A stretch of 64,000 nt of DNA from Octopus bimaculoides (Eukaryota), in contig NC_068984.1 in assembly GCF_001194135.2 (NCBI RefSeq), forward strand, positions 107,893,729 through 107,957,728, given 5' to 3'. Under the pieces are notes generated by a model. It worked only from the letters and a program-made list of their open reading frames with translations, did no database searches and had not been told where the DNA came from. A program made the position numbers and the translations under genes. Shown one piece after another: positions 14,530 through 29,957 of this stretch; positions within the stretch are counted from its first letter, which is position 1; every line of letters starts with the position of its first letter.

Positions 14530-17500
14530 GTAATAATAGGCACAAAGCCTGAAATTTGGGGCAGGATGGTGGCTAATGAAGGTAATTCAACCAGTGAAAA
14601 TGATGAAGGCACTTCAGCTGGTGGAATGTGAAGGCAATCCAACGTCAATCCAGCTATAAATACCTAGGAATACTGGTGAAATGATGAAGGCAATTCAACC
14701 TCAATCCAGCTATAACTAGCTGGGAATACTCGAGGCAGATGGAATCAAACACCATGACATGAAGGAAAAAACAAAAAGAGAATACCTGCGGCGAGTGAGA
14801 AAAATATTGGCTTCAAAGCTGAATGCTAGAAGCATAAATTTCGTTAATAAACTCGCGCACAGTCGCAGTAGTTCAGTATGGCGCTGGAATCCTAAAGTGG
14901 ACAGAAGAGGAGCTAAAGGAGATGGACAGGAAGTCAAGAAAGCTCCTAACGTTGAATGGAGCCCATCATCTACGTGAGATACTGATATAGGCGTACATGA
15001 GGAGAGCAAATGGAGTAAGGGGACTGGTAAGTGTGGAAAACTGCATGCGTATCGAACTCGAGAGCTTAAGGAGATACCTAGCCCAAAGTAAGAAAACTTT
15101 ACTAGTGACAGATAGGAACAAGAAAGTTTTGAGATCAGAGAATAAAAGGAAAAACAAAGGAAGAAGTATAAAAAGGACATGAAGAAGAAATACGCAAGAA
15201 GGGACTACACAATTAATTCCATGCAGCCACAACAGAAGTTGCTGGAAAATAGGTGGGATTGGCTGATGAAAGAAACCTTAGAAAAAAAAAGAGGCCGAGA
15301 GATCTATACTGGCAGCGCAGGACCAAGCATCCAACCTGGGGATTGTGAAAATGTTTCCGCTGTGCAGCATCTGCAATAGAGTGGATGAAACCATTACCCA
15401 TATCCCGAATGAATGAGGAGGAGGAAGGGAGGAGGGGGAGTCGTGAGGAGGGGGAGTCGTGAGGAGAGGGAGTCGTGAGGAGGGGAGTCGTGAGGAGGGG
15501 GAGTCGTGAGGAGGAAGGAGGATTTGTACACTGTCAAGACTCCATTTTAAAGTTAGATTTCAGTACTGCATTGTACAAGAACGCAACACATTTCCAATAA
15601 AAACACAATTTGTATTTTGGCTTCTTAATAACAATGGTTTCTTAATTAATATGAATACCTTACTTTAATATGGGATGCAATCAGATTATATGACATTCGT
15701 ACGAGAATACTAGTAGCAGAAGTATAGGGAAATTACTCAAACTATATTTCAAGGTTTGGCAGGGTTCTGCAGCAAAATTCGGTCTGTTTCTCGATACGAA
15801 GAAGACTGGATTTATGACTATCATTGAAGATGAAAGCTGCCAGCCAAATTGTTTCATCAATGACAGGCAACTGAAGGACATCAATGAGTTCAAACACTGA
15901 GTTGTTGACAGTATGTTGACAGTATGAAAGACTCCCTTTCACACAACGGATATGCTAGGGCTGCCAGTAACAAGTTTTAAAGCGTCTGACAATCGAGAAT
16001 TTCAGAATCAACAAGGCTTGTTTTATTCAGTGAGTCTATAGTGAACATTCTTGTTTATGGAGCAGAAAACTGAACTATGCAGAAGAAACTGCTTTGGTGC
16101 TATGTACACTAACCTTATTATCAGCGCTCAAAACATCTCATGGCATGAGCATCAGACCAAAGAGATTTGTAGACACATATAACTCATTATTATTGCTCAA
16201 TGCAGGGTAGGCTTTATTGGCCACTACTATCATACTGAACAACGGAACATATCAGATGTTATATTTTGTGGGCTTCCGCACTGTAACAGAGATACACAGC
16301 AAGAGATTGAGTGTCTACTATAGCTAATGGAAGACAGAGACGCCTGGCACAATGTTGTGAGACGTATCTCAAGTGCGGCTGTTTGGAACAAAAGCTTAAA
16401 AAAGGTGTCCATGTTTGGTTTCTTTGCTTTAGTTACTTAGTAAGTTAAAATAGCTTCAACTAGAAATGAAAATATGTAAATTGCGTTAGAGAATTTTTGT
16501 GCTTCATGCTCAAAAAGTAATTTAGATTACTTTTAACTTGGTGCAAATTAAAATTTTGCTCAAGAAGAAGTGGAAGTTACTAAATCTATTCCAGGTATTT
16601 GCATGGCTGCTTACCGGTTCTAGAAGGATAAAAGGCAAAGTTTGATGAACCACACAACAAAATTTTAATGCAGATTTCAGAGCGACGTGGCTAAATATTG
16701 TAAAATACTTAACTCGGTCATTTATACTGATTATAAAAAGATATTTTTAAGGCAGTATCTGGTTTAAAATCCCAACCAGGTTCTTAGATGTGACGGTAGA
16801 TTAGCAGAATTGTTAGCGCTCCGGAAAAAAGTGCCTTGCGTTGTTTCGTTACGGCTTTTTACTGTTTGTGTTCAAATTCAAATCGGGGACGACTTTGCTT
16901 TCGTCCCCCTGGCACCGTTAAAATATAAAAAATACCTACCATTAGCTTTGGTAGATATGTTTCATGTTGTGTCTCTGCTCAAAACATCAATGTAACTGAG
17001 TGATCCTCATCGTTAGCTATGTCCAGCAAAGCTAACCGAGCGCTGAACAACAACAGTAAAAACCGATAGAATGAGTCGATAAATCTCCTCGCTGCTCTTG
17101 TGCTCATGCCACGATGTGTCTTGAGCCCTCATGAGAAACCACTTGAGTACATTTAATCGACTAAGACACATCCCCAAAATTTCAATTCGTGTGTTTAATT
17201 TAGAAATAGTGGCGGTCAGGAGGCAGAACCGTTCGAGCATCAGAAAAAATCTATTTCGCTATTTGTTCTGGAATCTTACGTACTTAGTAAAAAATATTAC
17301 GGAAGTCGATTTTACCTTTCATCTTTTCAAAGTTGTATAAAATTAAGTATACATACAAAATATACAATCGTTCTTAAAACTGGAAAAATTTCCGAAATCC
17401 TAAATACTTTCGACCTCAAACATTTTGAATAAATGACTATGAAATGAAAATGTGACGTCATGTTATGATGACTTACGCAGTATTTTCTCTTCTGCATACA

Positions 17501-19584
17501 GGTGTACAAATTTGGGAGTGATACCAAGTCACTGTGGTGTAATAAATGATCCTCATGATGACTGTTGCCGACAAATGGTCTGCACAAACATCACAGAGAT
17601 AATTTCACGTACAACACCAGCGGCTCTAGGTAAGTTTTCGTATTATAAAGCATATTTTGCTCTCGCATTACCATTTATATATAATAATCTAAAGAAATCA
17701 TTGCCATTCATCTGGAAAGTTACTATCAAGCACAAAATATAACCTGTGTATTATTTCATTTGCTGGCATATTGATAGAACAGCAAGGTTGAGTTTAATCA
17801 GAAGGAAAAGAAACTGTGTAAAACTATTTTTATAAAGCTATTTTTGTAAGGTTTTTATATAGAAATTTCTACAGAGGTTCCTATTATAAAAAGTCACTCT
17901 TCTGTTATCATTACACACAACACCAGTAATTGTCGTTTGCTTCATACTATTTGCTTGTTTCAGATATTATTAAGCAAACAGTATCACTTATATGGAAAAC
18001 TACAAAAGATATTACGAAAGATATAGATTATCTACATTTCATTTAATGACAACGTGTAGAGAAGCTTAAAATTTACAGACATTTGAGCAATCATATCTTT
18101 ATGAAGATCCTATTTATAAAAGATATATTTATGAAAGATACTTTTATAAAAAATAGTTTTATAGAAGCTAGTTTTATAGAAGATAACTCTACAGAAGATA
18201 ACTTTATGAAAAAAAGATCTGTACAAAATACCTTTATAAAAAATGCCTTTAAAGAAGATAACTTTATTTTAAAAAAGTGCCTTTATAAAAAATAACTTTC
18301 TAAAATATAGTTTTATGAAAAAAATACCTTTGTAAAAAAAATACCTTCATAGAAGATAATTTTATAAAAATAGCTTCATAAAAGCTGACTTCACAAATTC
18401 TCTTTTATTTCTAAAGTAATACTTTTTGATGTTTTTAATAATCAGGAGGTACAGATTGGAAGAGTCGCTAGAGCGTTGAATAGAATTATAAAAGTATTTG
18501 TTTGGCTTTCTGCGCTCAGAGTTCACATCCTGCCGAGGTTGCCCTTATCTTTCATTCTTTCGGATTCGATAAAAATAGGTGGTACCTGTTCTTGTCCTTT
18601 GCGTTCTCGCAGAGACTCCTGCAACGTCATCGTTGCTGAAGTGTATCGGTTTTAAGGTGACGGCCTTTCATTTTGTGTCGTAGGAAAGGAGACACTTTCA
18701 CGCAGGGGTAACTGCCAATCGCTCGCATACAAATAGGTAAATAGGCCTGCGCAATGTGTGCAGATACATAGCCTCAATAATCATGAAACACGTTAAAAGG
18801 ATTCTGAAATCAACACTTAGTCTATACATATGTATACTTGTAGAAAGAGGGATCTTAAGGGATTAAAAAAAATAAAACCGTCTAAGTACAAACTATAAAT
18901 ATAAAAACATAATCATTAGAACGTCGGACAAAATACCTGAAGCGTATTGGTTTCGGCTCTTTATGCTCTGAGTAGTTGAAATTCTGCCGAGGCCGACTTT
19001 GCCTTTCGTCCCTTTCAGGGACGATAGAATAAGTACATGTGAAGCACTGGAGTCGATATAGTCGACAAGTTACCTCTCCCTAAAATTCTGATCTTGTGCC
19101 TATAATAAAAAGTATGAACATTATTATTACTATTCAGTGAGTGATTAGTGAATGCCATCACTCACGCTGGGGTGCAAATATATCAAGCCAATACATACAT
19201 CATGACTACCCGTCTGGTAAGGGTATACTAGGCACATACATCACAACCATATGTATATGACATGGTGATCTCATATCAAGATACACAGTGCATGACTTTG
19301 CAGGTGGAGCTCATTTAGAATTTTCTTCAGGTCGTGTAGCCCATTCCTGAATAAGTTTTGTTTAAGGATGTTAAACGAAACACCTATGTTTCCAGGACTG
19401 AATGGCTCACACCCCAAAGAATTCCTTTCAACACATGGTTATGATGGTCCCCCACTACTTCTACATGTGATCAGAGATGCACATATCGTCAACCACCAAA
19501 AGACATTCTCAATTGGTTAAAGTCAAGTAACTGGGCAGAATATTTGCTGTACATCCTTATTATTATTATTATTATTATTATTAT

Positions 19585-19639
<55 letters not shown>

Positions 19640-21625
19640 CTTTCTTTGAATTTTGTTTCCATTTCTTGCCGAGTGCCTCCCCGACGCCAAGGGCAAAGAA
19701 ACTCACTGTATACATTGGTAGGCCATTGAGATGAACACACAAGATTGTTCATGTGATAGAAGAAAAGGAAAAAAGAAAAAGAAAAGGGAAAGAAAGAAAG
19801 AAGGAGAAAAGTAAAAAAGATGAAAAAGATAAAAAGGAAACACCAGAAGAAAAAAAGGGAAAGATATCACAGCAACAAAGCTCTTCTCAGTACGGGTAAC
19901 AAGTTAAAACGATGTTTTGTAATTCTTGCAGGGATGGTAAACCAGGGATAATTCTCAGATAGTTTTCATTTCCTTTTTTGATTATTCCAATCACTAGTAT
20001 GTTATCACTAGGCTGCCATATATTTGATTTTGCAAAGAACATTGTTCTAAGTACAAACTATAAATATAAAAACATAATCATTAGAACGTCGGACAAAATA
20101 CCTGAAGCGTATTGGTTTCGGCTCTTTATGCTCTGAGTAGTTGAAATTCTGCCGAGGCCGACTTTGCCTTTCGTCCGTTTCAGGGACGATAAAATAAGTA
20201 CATGTGAAGCACTGGAGTCGATATAGTCGACAAGTTACCTCTCCCTAAAATTCTGACCTTGTGCCTATAATAAATCACAAGTTTTAAAAGTAATTTAATA
20301 GTAATTTGATGATAGTATGATGTTAAGATGACAGTAAAAGGTGTTTGCTATTATAGACATTTAAAAGTATTTTAACACTTTACAGATTAAAATGTTTTGG
20401 GGATTATATAGACAATATTTTACGTAGTAGGATACTATAATTATTATATGTTTGACTTTTGCTTTGTATTTGTACAAGTTGGCTCCAAGCCTCACCCAGA
20501 GACCTCAAGAGACAAGTTAGAAGTTCATGTTGGTGTTATGCCTAGGGTGTCATATATTTGGTTTTGTACATAGTATTGTTCTAGAAAATGTTTAAGAAAA
20601 CAAGAAAATTATGAGTTTGTGTTCAAATTTGAGATAACACAGACAATATTTTACGTAGGCTATAGGCAGTTCCCATGAGCACTATCTTTTGAATTTCTGT
20701 CATTTTGGGGTTTTCTGGTATCTTAGCTAGCTCCTTTTGCTATCATTCCTAGGGCACCTCTGACAATAGGTATTGTTTTAGTCTTGAGGTTCCACATTTT
20801 ACTAATTTCTATTTCAAGTTCTTTATACCTGCTCAGTTTTTTGGTAGGTCTTGACAGACACATTTATATCGATTAGGACAGTCATATCAATGAGAAGGCA
20901 TGATTTTTGTCTGAAGCCTTTCAATATAATGTCTGGCTTATTCACATCTATCTTTCTGTCAGATTGAATGATGAAGTTCCAGAGTGAGATGTGATCATTT
21001 TCAAGCACTGCAGCTGGTTTGTGTTCCCACCAGTTTTTTATCATGAGGCAGGTCCAGATTGTCGCAAATTACCCAGTGAATATATTGTGCTGCTCTATCA
21101 TACCTGTTGAGATACTTTCTAGGCGCAAGAATACCGCACATGGAGACAACATAATCAATTTTTCCTTTTGTTGTTGACATACACGACATGTTGGGCAGCT
21201 GCCGTTCTTTAATATGTTGGCCTAGTCGTTTCATGTAGGTAGGCATAGATCTTGGGCTACTATTATAAACCCTTCTGTTTCTGATTTTAAGCCAGAAGCC
21301 ACTAACCATTGATGAGTAAGGGCTTTGTCAACATCGGCACTATTAGCTCTCTCTTTGGGTATTTGCCATTGAAAGGTTTCTCTTGCCATCTATCAGTAAG
21401 AATATTTAAGGCAGCGGTTTTAGCACGGGCTTTCATACGCTTAGCTTTTTCTGTGCTTGTTTCCAGTACGTCTAATTCTGGAATTTGTTGTATTTGGAAT
21501 TCACTTAGATATTCCTTTGCCTGTTTTGTTACTGAGTATGATGTTTTCTTGTTTTCATGTTTTGAAAGAAGTTTTAACATACAGTCATGTTCTTATTCAG
21601 CGCGGAGCTCCTGTTGTTGTTATTG

Positions 21626-21668
<43 letters not shown>

Positions 21669-24063
21669 GGTGTTGTTTTTGTTGTTGAAGATGTGCTGAT
21701 GATGCTCTTATTCCTGTTCTTGTTTTTCTTGATGATGTTGTTCTTGTTCTTATTTAAAGGGAATTATATTAATTATTATTTTCAACCTGATCATCATTAT
21801 CATCCTAATAAATCTAAGTACGGTGGATTGTAGAGTCGATAGAGCATCGAAGAAAACGTTTTTAATGCACTTGTATATGCAAGATAGCATCTATAAGAAC
21901 ATAACATTTCTGTAGTTGAAGTACAAGAAAATACACTTGGCACACGTGCAAAAAAAATTTTAAAGTGAGCTTTTAAATTCTACAGGGAAAATATTATCAT
22001 TCTTGTTATTAGTTTTGTCCTGGCAGCTTTGATGTCGTAAAATTTATATACACTCTTTTGTCTTTGAATTCTCTTTTGTTCCTATACAAACTTATATTAA
22101 TCTAGTATCTATAATTTAGAGAAGTGAATTTGGGAATAGGGATGCGACAATAATTACACAACCCTCCTGTGAATGACATTATAATGTGTTGTAATACATG
22201 TATCTGTGAGTGCACGCGTCTCTGTACGTGTGTGTGAATATATACACACATATATATGTGTGCGTGTGTGCATAAGTTCACCATGTATGCTAAAAACTGT
22301 TCATATATATGGGGAACAGCTTTCCTTTAATGCATGTTCCATTAGATACAACGATTATGTTCAAGTTTTATTATATTTTATATTTTTTATATTTCCTTAT
22401 TAGATTCTTACAGTTGGTTTGGAATTGTAGAGTTCCCAAATCTATGCATGACGTTTCTAGACCTTGAGAATCTCATAATTAAGAATTCAGTTGAATATGT
22501 TAAGCTTTTGTGTTGTTCCTTATTTGCTAATTGAATTCATGCACACTCTTCAACGGCCAGTCGTACACTAAAGGTCTTTGACCGTTACTATCATGTTTCA
22601 GCACTCGCATATTGATTTGTTAATCGCTGTCAAATTTTGTCCGTTAGGTTTATATGTGTTTATATGTCCGCATGTATTTTAATAATTTTTATGTTAGAAG
22701 TCACATGTTTATATTTTGATGCAAACACACACACTTCAGAACACGAAGCTATTGACATAACAAAATAACAAATCTAACGGTTAAAATTTGACCATGACAA
22801 AAACAAATCAACACTTTAGTTAGTTATTAGGCACATGGCCTAGTCGTCAAGGTGTTGCATTCACGATCGAAACATCATACTTCGATTCCCGGACTGAGCG
22901 GCACACTGTGTTCCTGAGAAAAACACTTCGTTTCAGGTAATGTCAATTTGATGGAGAGAATGAACTTCTGTGGAGCACACATGATTAATGAATATAAAAC
23001 ATATCACCTGGACAACATTTCCTATCGTAAACGGCAAGAGATACGCCATATATATGTTCATATATATATATATATATATATANNNNNNNNNNNNNNNNNN
23101 NNNNNNNNNNNNNNNNNNNNNNNNNNNNNNNNNNNNNNNNNNNNNNNNNNNNNNNNNNNNNNNNNNNNNNNNNNNNNNNNNNNNNNNNNNNNNNNNNNNN
23201 NNNNNNNNNNNNNNNNNNNNNNNNNNNNNNNNNNNNNNNNNNNNNNNNNNNNNNNNNNNNNNNNNNNNNNNNNNNNNNNNNNNNNNNNNNNNNNNNNNNN
23301 NNNNNNNNNNNNNNNNNNNNNNNNNNNNNNNNNNNNNNNNNNNNNNNNNNNNNNNNNNNNNNNNNNNNNNNNNNNNNNNNNNNNNNNNNNNNNNNNNNNN
23401 NNNNNNNNNNNNNNNNNNNNNNNNNNNNNNNNNNNNNNNNNNNNNNNNNNNNNNNNNNNNNNNNNNNNNNNNNNNNNNNNNNNNNNNNNNNNNNNNNNNN
23501 NNNNNNNNNNNNNNNNNNNNNNNNNNNNNNNNNNNNNNNNNNNNNNNNNNNNNNNNNNNNNNNNNNNNNNNNNNNNNNNNNNNNNNNNNNNNNNNNNNNN
23601 NNNNNNNNNNNNNNNNNNNNNNNNNNNNNNNNNNNNNNNNNNNNNNNNNNNNNNNNNNNNNNNNNNNNNNNNNNNNNNNNNNNNNNNNNNNNNNNNNNNN
23701 NNNNNNNNNNNNNNNNNNNNNNNNNNNNNNNNNNNNNNNNNNNNNNNNNNNNNNNNNNNNNNNNNNNNNNNNNNNNNNNNNNNNNNNNNNNNNNNNNNNN
23801 NNNNNNNNNNNNNNNNNNNNNNNNNNNNNNNNNNNNNNNNNNNNNNNNNNNNNNNNNNNNNNNNNNNNNNNNNNNNNNNNNNNNNNNNNNNNNNNNNNNN
23901 NNNNNNNNNNNNNNNNNNNNNNNNNNNNNNNNNNNNNNNNNNNNNNNNNNNNNNNTCTCACTTCGAGCCATTGGTTCGTCTGGTATCGTGGAGAGGAAAG
24001 CGTCGAGTTTTGTCTTGAAGACCTCCACATCCGTATCTTGCAGGTCTCTCAAATATATGTATA

Positions 24064-24104
<41 letters not shown>

Positions 24105-26411
24105 GTGAGGACGCATGACCTAGTGGTTAGGGTCCTGTACACACAATCGTGAGGTCGTGGTTTTAATTCTTAGACCGGACTTGAGCAAAGCACTTCAACT
24201 TACGGTGCGTGCTCGGTGATCACTTCGACACCTGACGTGTGGACGCGTCCACCTGTTCAGGTGTTCAAGCAAATGTCGATTTGGTGGAGGGTATGAGTTA
24301 ATGTAAGTCACATATATTTGATCTCTATAAACAAATCCTTAGTGCAGCATGTCGTTCGACAAAAACTGAACGCTCATACGTCATATTCGACGGGACAGTC
24401 CATCGTATATATACATTTATACACATACACATACATACATACATACATACATACATACATACATACATACATGCATTCATATTCATTCAGTAACTATATC
24501 GTATGTTTTTGACGTTAAAATACCTTCTGCTCATGGCAATCAATGTTTCTCTGGACAGGGAAGTGTTATTACAAAGGCCAGTCGTACACTAAAGGTCAGA
24601 GTTGGGAAGATGGCTGCAGTTTGAGATGTACATGTGAAGATGACACTACCGGTTATTACAGCTGTATCGACAGGTGAGTATTCACTGCGTATTCACTGCT
24701 TATGTCTCTGGACACTACGTAGACTCATATATAAGTGTCTCTACATCACGATCAACCATACGAGATCAACCATACGAAAGGTATTCAGTAGAATAAGACA
24801 CTGTGGAACTAATGGTATTATATGTATATATATATATATATATAGAAGAGACAAACACACTCACATATATATAAGTAATATTTATCGCCACATCAATATG
24901 GCTGATCCGATGTCACTTCCATTTTTAAGCCCAGGAAGACCCTCTGCTAAGAACGTGGTAGTAACGTGGAACAGCTATATTGATGTGGCGACAAACATTA
25001 CTTTTCAGCATAGTTACCACTTTCACCTCTTATAGAGGCTCTCTAACTAGCTACCTTGTTTGTCATATATACAGGGTGTCGATTGGTAAGTATCGCCATT
25101 TTATATTTAATATTTTTTATTTTGTGAATGCGCATTGTTTGCTTTTGATTTTGATTTCATTGACTATACAGTATAGTAGGGGCAGTTAGGCACCCTCTGT
25201 GAGTGAAAAAGTACCATGACGCTTTTCACTCTGTCAGAAATATAGAAACGACATGCTGTACACAGAGGCCTACATCAAGTGCCTAGGGGAGGTAGTGCTG
25301 CTCTGGGTGAAGAGGGTATCTCCTGGTAGACCCTATGTCTGGCAACAGGACTCTGCACCATGTCACACAGGCAGGAAAACCCAGTAAGATAATTTCTGCG
25401 ACCACATCACCCCTAACGTCTAGCCACCTAATTCCCCAGAATGCAACCCCCATTGATTATTATGTGTAGGACGCAGCTGATCGAGAGACCAAGGAAATTC
25501 CTTATAACACCAAAGATGAACAAAGATAACACCAAAGGCAAGGATTATGCCAGCATTTACCGACTTAAAAAGGAGAGACCGTCGAGAAGAGTTGCAGGAG
25601 ATTCCCAAGTCGTCTGAAGGCCATGGTTTAAGCCAATGGCGATTTTATTGAATGACTTTACTCTTTAGTATTTCAAGATAGTTTTACGTAATTTTGGTAA
25701 ATATATCTGTTAAAATAAGTTGACAGTTTTATTTTCGATTTGTGTAATTTAGACGACAGATTATTCACCGCACGCTGTATATATATATATATATATATAN
25801 NNNNNNNNNNNNNNNNNNNNNNNNNNNNNNNNNNNNNNNNNNNNNNNNNNNNNNNNNNNNNNNNNNNNNNNNNNNNNNNNNNNNNNNNNNNNNNNNNNNN
25901 NNNNNNNNNNNNNNNNNNNNNNNNNNNNNNNNNNNNNNNNNNNNNNNNNNNNNNNNNNNNNNNNNNNNNNNNNNNNNNNNNNNNNNNNNNNNNNNNNNNN
26001 NNNNNNNNNNNNNNNNNNNNNNNNNNNNNNNNNNNNNNNNNNNNNNNNNNNNNNNNNNNNNNNNNNNNNNNNNNNNNNNNNNNNNNNNNNNNNNNNNNNN
26101 NNNNNNNNNNNNNNNNNNNNNNNNNNNNNNNNNNNNNNNNNNNNNNNNNNNNNNNNNNNNNNNNNNNNNNNNNNNNNNNNNNNNNNNNNNNNNNNNNNNN
26201 NNNNNNNNNNNNNNNNNNNNNNNNNNNNNNNNNNNNNNNNNNNNNNNNNNNNNNNNNNNNNNNNNNNNNNNNNNNNNNNNNNNNNNNNNNNNNNNNNNNN
26301 NNNNNNNNNNNNNNNNNNNNNNNNNNNNNNNNNNNNNNNNNNNNNNNNNNNNNNNNNNNNNNNNNNNNNNNNNNNNNNNNNNNNNNNNNNNNNNNNNNNN
26401 NNNNNNNNNAT

Positions 26412-26442
<31 letters not shown>

Positions 26443-29433
26443 AAGGAACTCGGAATGTTGCCCCACCCCACCCCACCTCATCCAGGCCTTTCACGATACT
26501 CTTGAAATCGGGAACCTTTCAGCACCTCCTCGTATCTTCTTACGTTTTAAGTTTTATTCCTCCTTTATACCCCATATATATATATATATATATATCGTGT
26601 TACGCTATGAAGCGATAGACGATACCAGAATCCTTAAAGTAACCGCATAAGAGCATAAGTGGAGTCTAAACTGGCTTGTTTGTACTGTAATAATAATATT
26701 TTGAAATCATTTAATACGTACGTTTCAGGTGTGCGTAATATATAAGCGGAAATGCTTCCACTACGAAAACCTTCCTCAGTTAAAAATATTTCAAAATATT
26801 TTGAAGTGTATATGTATGTCTACAGTATGTATGCATATGTGCGCGCGCGCGCGTGTGTATGTGTATGTGTGTGTAATCTGACTAAATTAAACAATTATAG
26901 ATAAACTAGTAGGTGGGATACCACTTTTAACTCAATGGTTTATTGACGTAAAAGCAAGGGGCATGGTGCGGAGCATATGAAAGAAAATCACCGGGAATGT
27001 ATCTCTACAGAAATGTCCTAAGGGTCATTTGAGGAGAACAAAACTCAAAGAAACAACGTCGCCGCCTACTTAGCTGCCTCGGAAAGGTTAAAGCGAAATC
27101 ACATTTTACTAGCAAAGGTGAATAGGAAAATAGATGTAGCACCGATAATTAACTAACCTGGAGAAGAAGAAGAAGAAGAAGAAGAAGAAGAAGAAGAAGA
27201 AGAAGAAGAAGAAGAAGAAGAAGAAGAAGAAGAAGAAGATTTGTTGTACTGTAGGTTGAAGAACTCCCACAAGGTGTTCTATCTGACGATTGTGCCAACT
27301 CACTGCCATGAACTGGTAATATATACAGTCCCTTTATGTTCTTAATATTAAAGGTATCCATCAATGTGTTATCATCCTTACTTGAAAGCAGAGAACAATC
27401 GATCGTATCGGGATATTCATTTTAACGATGCCAGAATAGTATAAATCAATCGTCCTCGGTGGCATTTGAATTCAGAAGATGAAGAATTAATCTCTGTAAA
27501 GCAGTTTTTCTGATATTCTAACGTGGATTCTGAACGATATTTTACTTTACATGCATGTATACCATTCGTGTATCTATTATATAATATATAAAATTCGTAT
27601 ATATCTGGTATAATATATATATATATATATATATATAATATAAATATTTATACCTGTCACATGATAAACAATATTTGTGCGGATTTGCGTAGAGTGCCGA
27701 ATCTAAATAATTTCATGTCTTTGCCATGTCCGCTGCACAACTGCTAATATTTACTTAATTTAGAAGATACTGTACAGATTTGTTCAGTTAAATGGAAAGT
27801 TTCACCGGAATCTGAACAAGACGCCAATCAATATCCTATCGAAGTCTAAAATGTAAGGAATTATTAGGAAATAATTCATCGAACCTTTTACTATTTAGTC
27901 TGATATGCTTCACATTCTCAACCATCTTTGATCACGACTTATAATTGATCAGTAGTGATTAAGTATAATTTCGTTTTATTATTTTTATTGATTATTAATT
28001 ATTAATTATCAATGAACCATGTAAGCGATAAGAAATCTTTTAGGTGAATAAATTGTAATAAACATTAATTAATGCATTGACAGTCGGATTTGGATAGGAA
28101 TTTAGTAGGATAGAAAAAGGATAGATTCATACGCGGTAGTGTCAAAAGGTTATGGGACTAGTTATGTTTAATAAAAAAAAAATAACTTATTTACCTGAGT
28201 TTTAACATCATCTCCTTCGAAAAAGTCACGTGGTGCAGCAATGCACTGGTCCCAGCGTTCCTGAACTTTTGGAATCTGGCCTGGAAGTCGTTTTCTGTTA
28301 AAACGGCGAACTTTGGGCTGCATTTTCATCTTGGGAGAGATGGAAGTCTGCTGGTACTAAGTCTGGCGAATAGGGCGAGTGCGAAAACGAAACCATGTTG
28401 TTTTTGCCGAGAAACTCACGAGTGCGGAGAACTCGGTGACAGGATCTACTGTCGTCGTGAAGAATCCAATTCTTCGCACTCCACAAATCTGGTCGCTTTC
28501 GCAGAATGTCCTCCCTCAAAATGTCGCTGTAGAACTCTCGATTGACGTTCTGAGCCTGAGGGATGAACTCTCGATGCACAGGAACACATTTCATAGGGTG
28601 ATGCTCGTGGCAGGTCTTTCAGGTCGCCCATCGTCTTCCAGAGATGTTCTTCCACCTTTGAAGCGCCCGAGCGACTCGAAACATTACGTACGACCCATTA
28701 CCTCGTCGCCGTAAGCTTGACAAAGCATGCTCAACGTCTCTGTAGCAGACTTCCCAAATTTAATGCCAAATTTCACGTTGACTCTTGGTTCCTGTCCATG
28801 ACAAAATTGCAGACTACAGAATACACGTGATCACAAAAACACAAATTGCACAACTTGCGAAGTAATGTCACTCGGCACAATGCCTCATGAAGGTCACTGC
28901 TAGCTCTCACTGCGCATGCAACAATGTGCTGCTATCTGTTGGCACGCTACAGAACAGTCCAATAACTTTTTGATGCCACTTCCTTTTATTCGAGATGCTC
29001 AAGCCTACAAGTTTCTCAGTATAAATACAGACAGACAGACAAACAGATAAAGATATAGATATATACACATACGTATATATATATATATATACATAATATA
29101 AGAATATATATATATACATGCATGTATATACGTACAGAGATATACATATATATACATGCATGTATGTGTATACACACACACCATCGTATGTGTAATGTTT
29201 AATAGACGCGCACATACACGCATATAAACAGATAGAGAGTGTGAGAGAGAGACAGAGAGAGATAGAGAGATCAAGTATTGAAAGGTGGGTTAATCGGTTC
29301 TTAACGACCTTTAAGAAATATGGAACTAAGCGGACTGCACTCGTTCTCATGTGTCTCTGGTTTATTCACAGGATATATTTTAGCGGAGAGATAACATATT
29401 TCTATTAGACATACGATATATGATTTCTGTAAA

Positions 29434-29476
<43 letters not shown>

Positions 29477-29895
29477 TCCATTGGTAGCATCGTGTTATAA
29501 GATTTCCTGAGACACATTTATTCAAAATAGCTTTGTGTTGGCACCTACGATGGTATCATTATGTACAGACTTATGCTAGTAACAGCTCATTCACATTTTC
29601 TGTTTGTCGATATATCTTTCAGAACTTCGGTAACTGATTGGTGAAGTTAGCGACACTTCGACCGTTTGCTCACAACTTATATTTTTACAACGTAACTACA
29701 TAGACATCATTCGATATATATTATACGAGCAAAATGGCTAGTTTTAAAATCTCTAAATGAGATATGAGTAGTAACGGTAAAGTTTATTTCCCAACATGAG
29801 GTGATTGTTCTATCCAGAACAGGTAGTAACATAGTTCTGGATAGAACAGCGACCTTATGTTGACACACTTTACCGATATATTTTATATTATTTCC

Positions 29896-29957
<62 letters not shown>

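Noticed and set aside
18083-18295. 70-aa ORF with 5-aa periodicity
   Set aside because: Product of a degenerate 15-bp AT-rich tandem repeat; no splice or homology support
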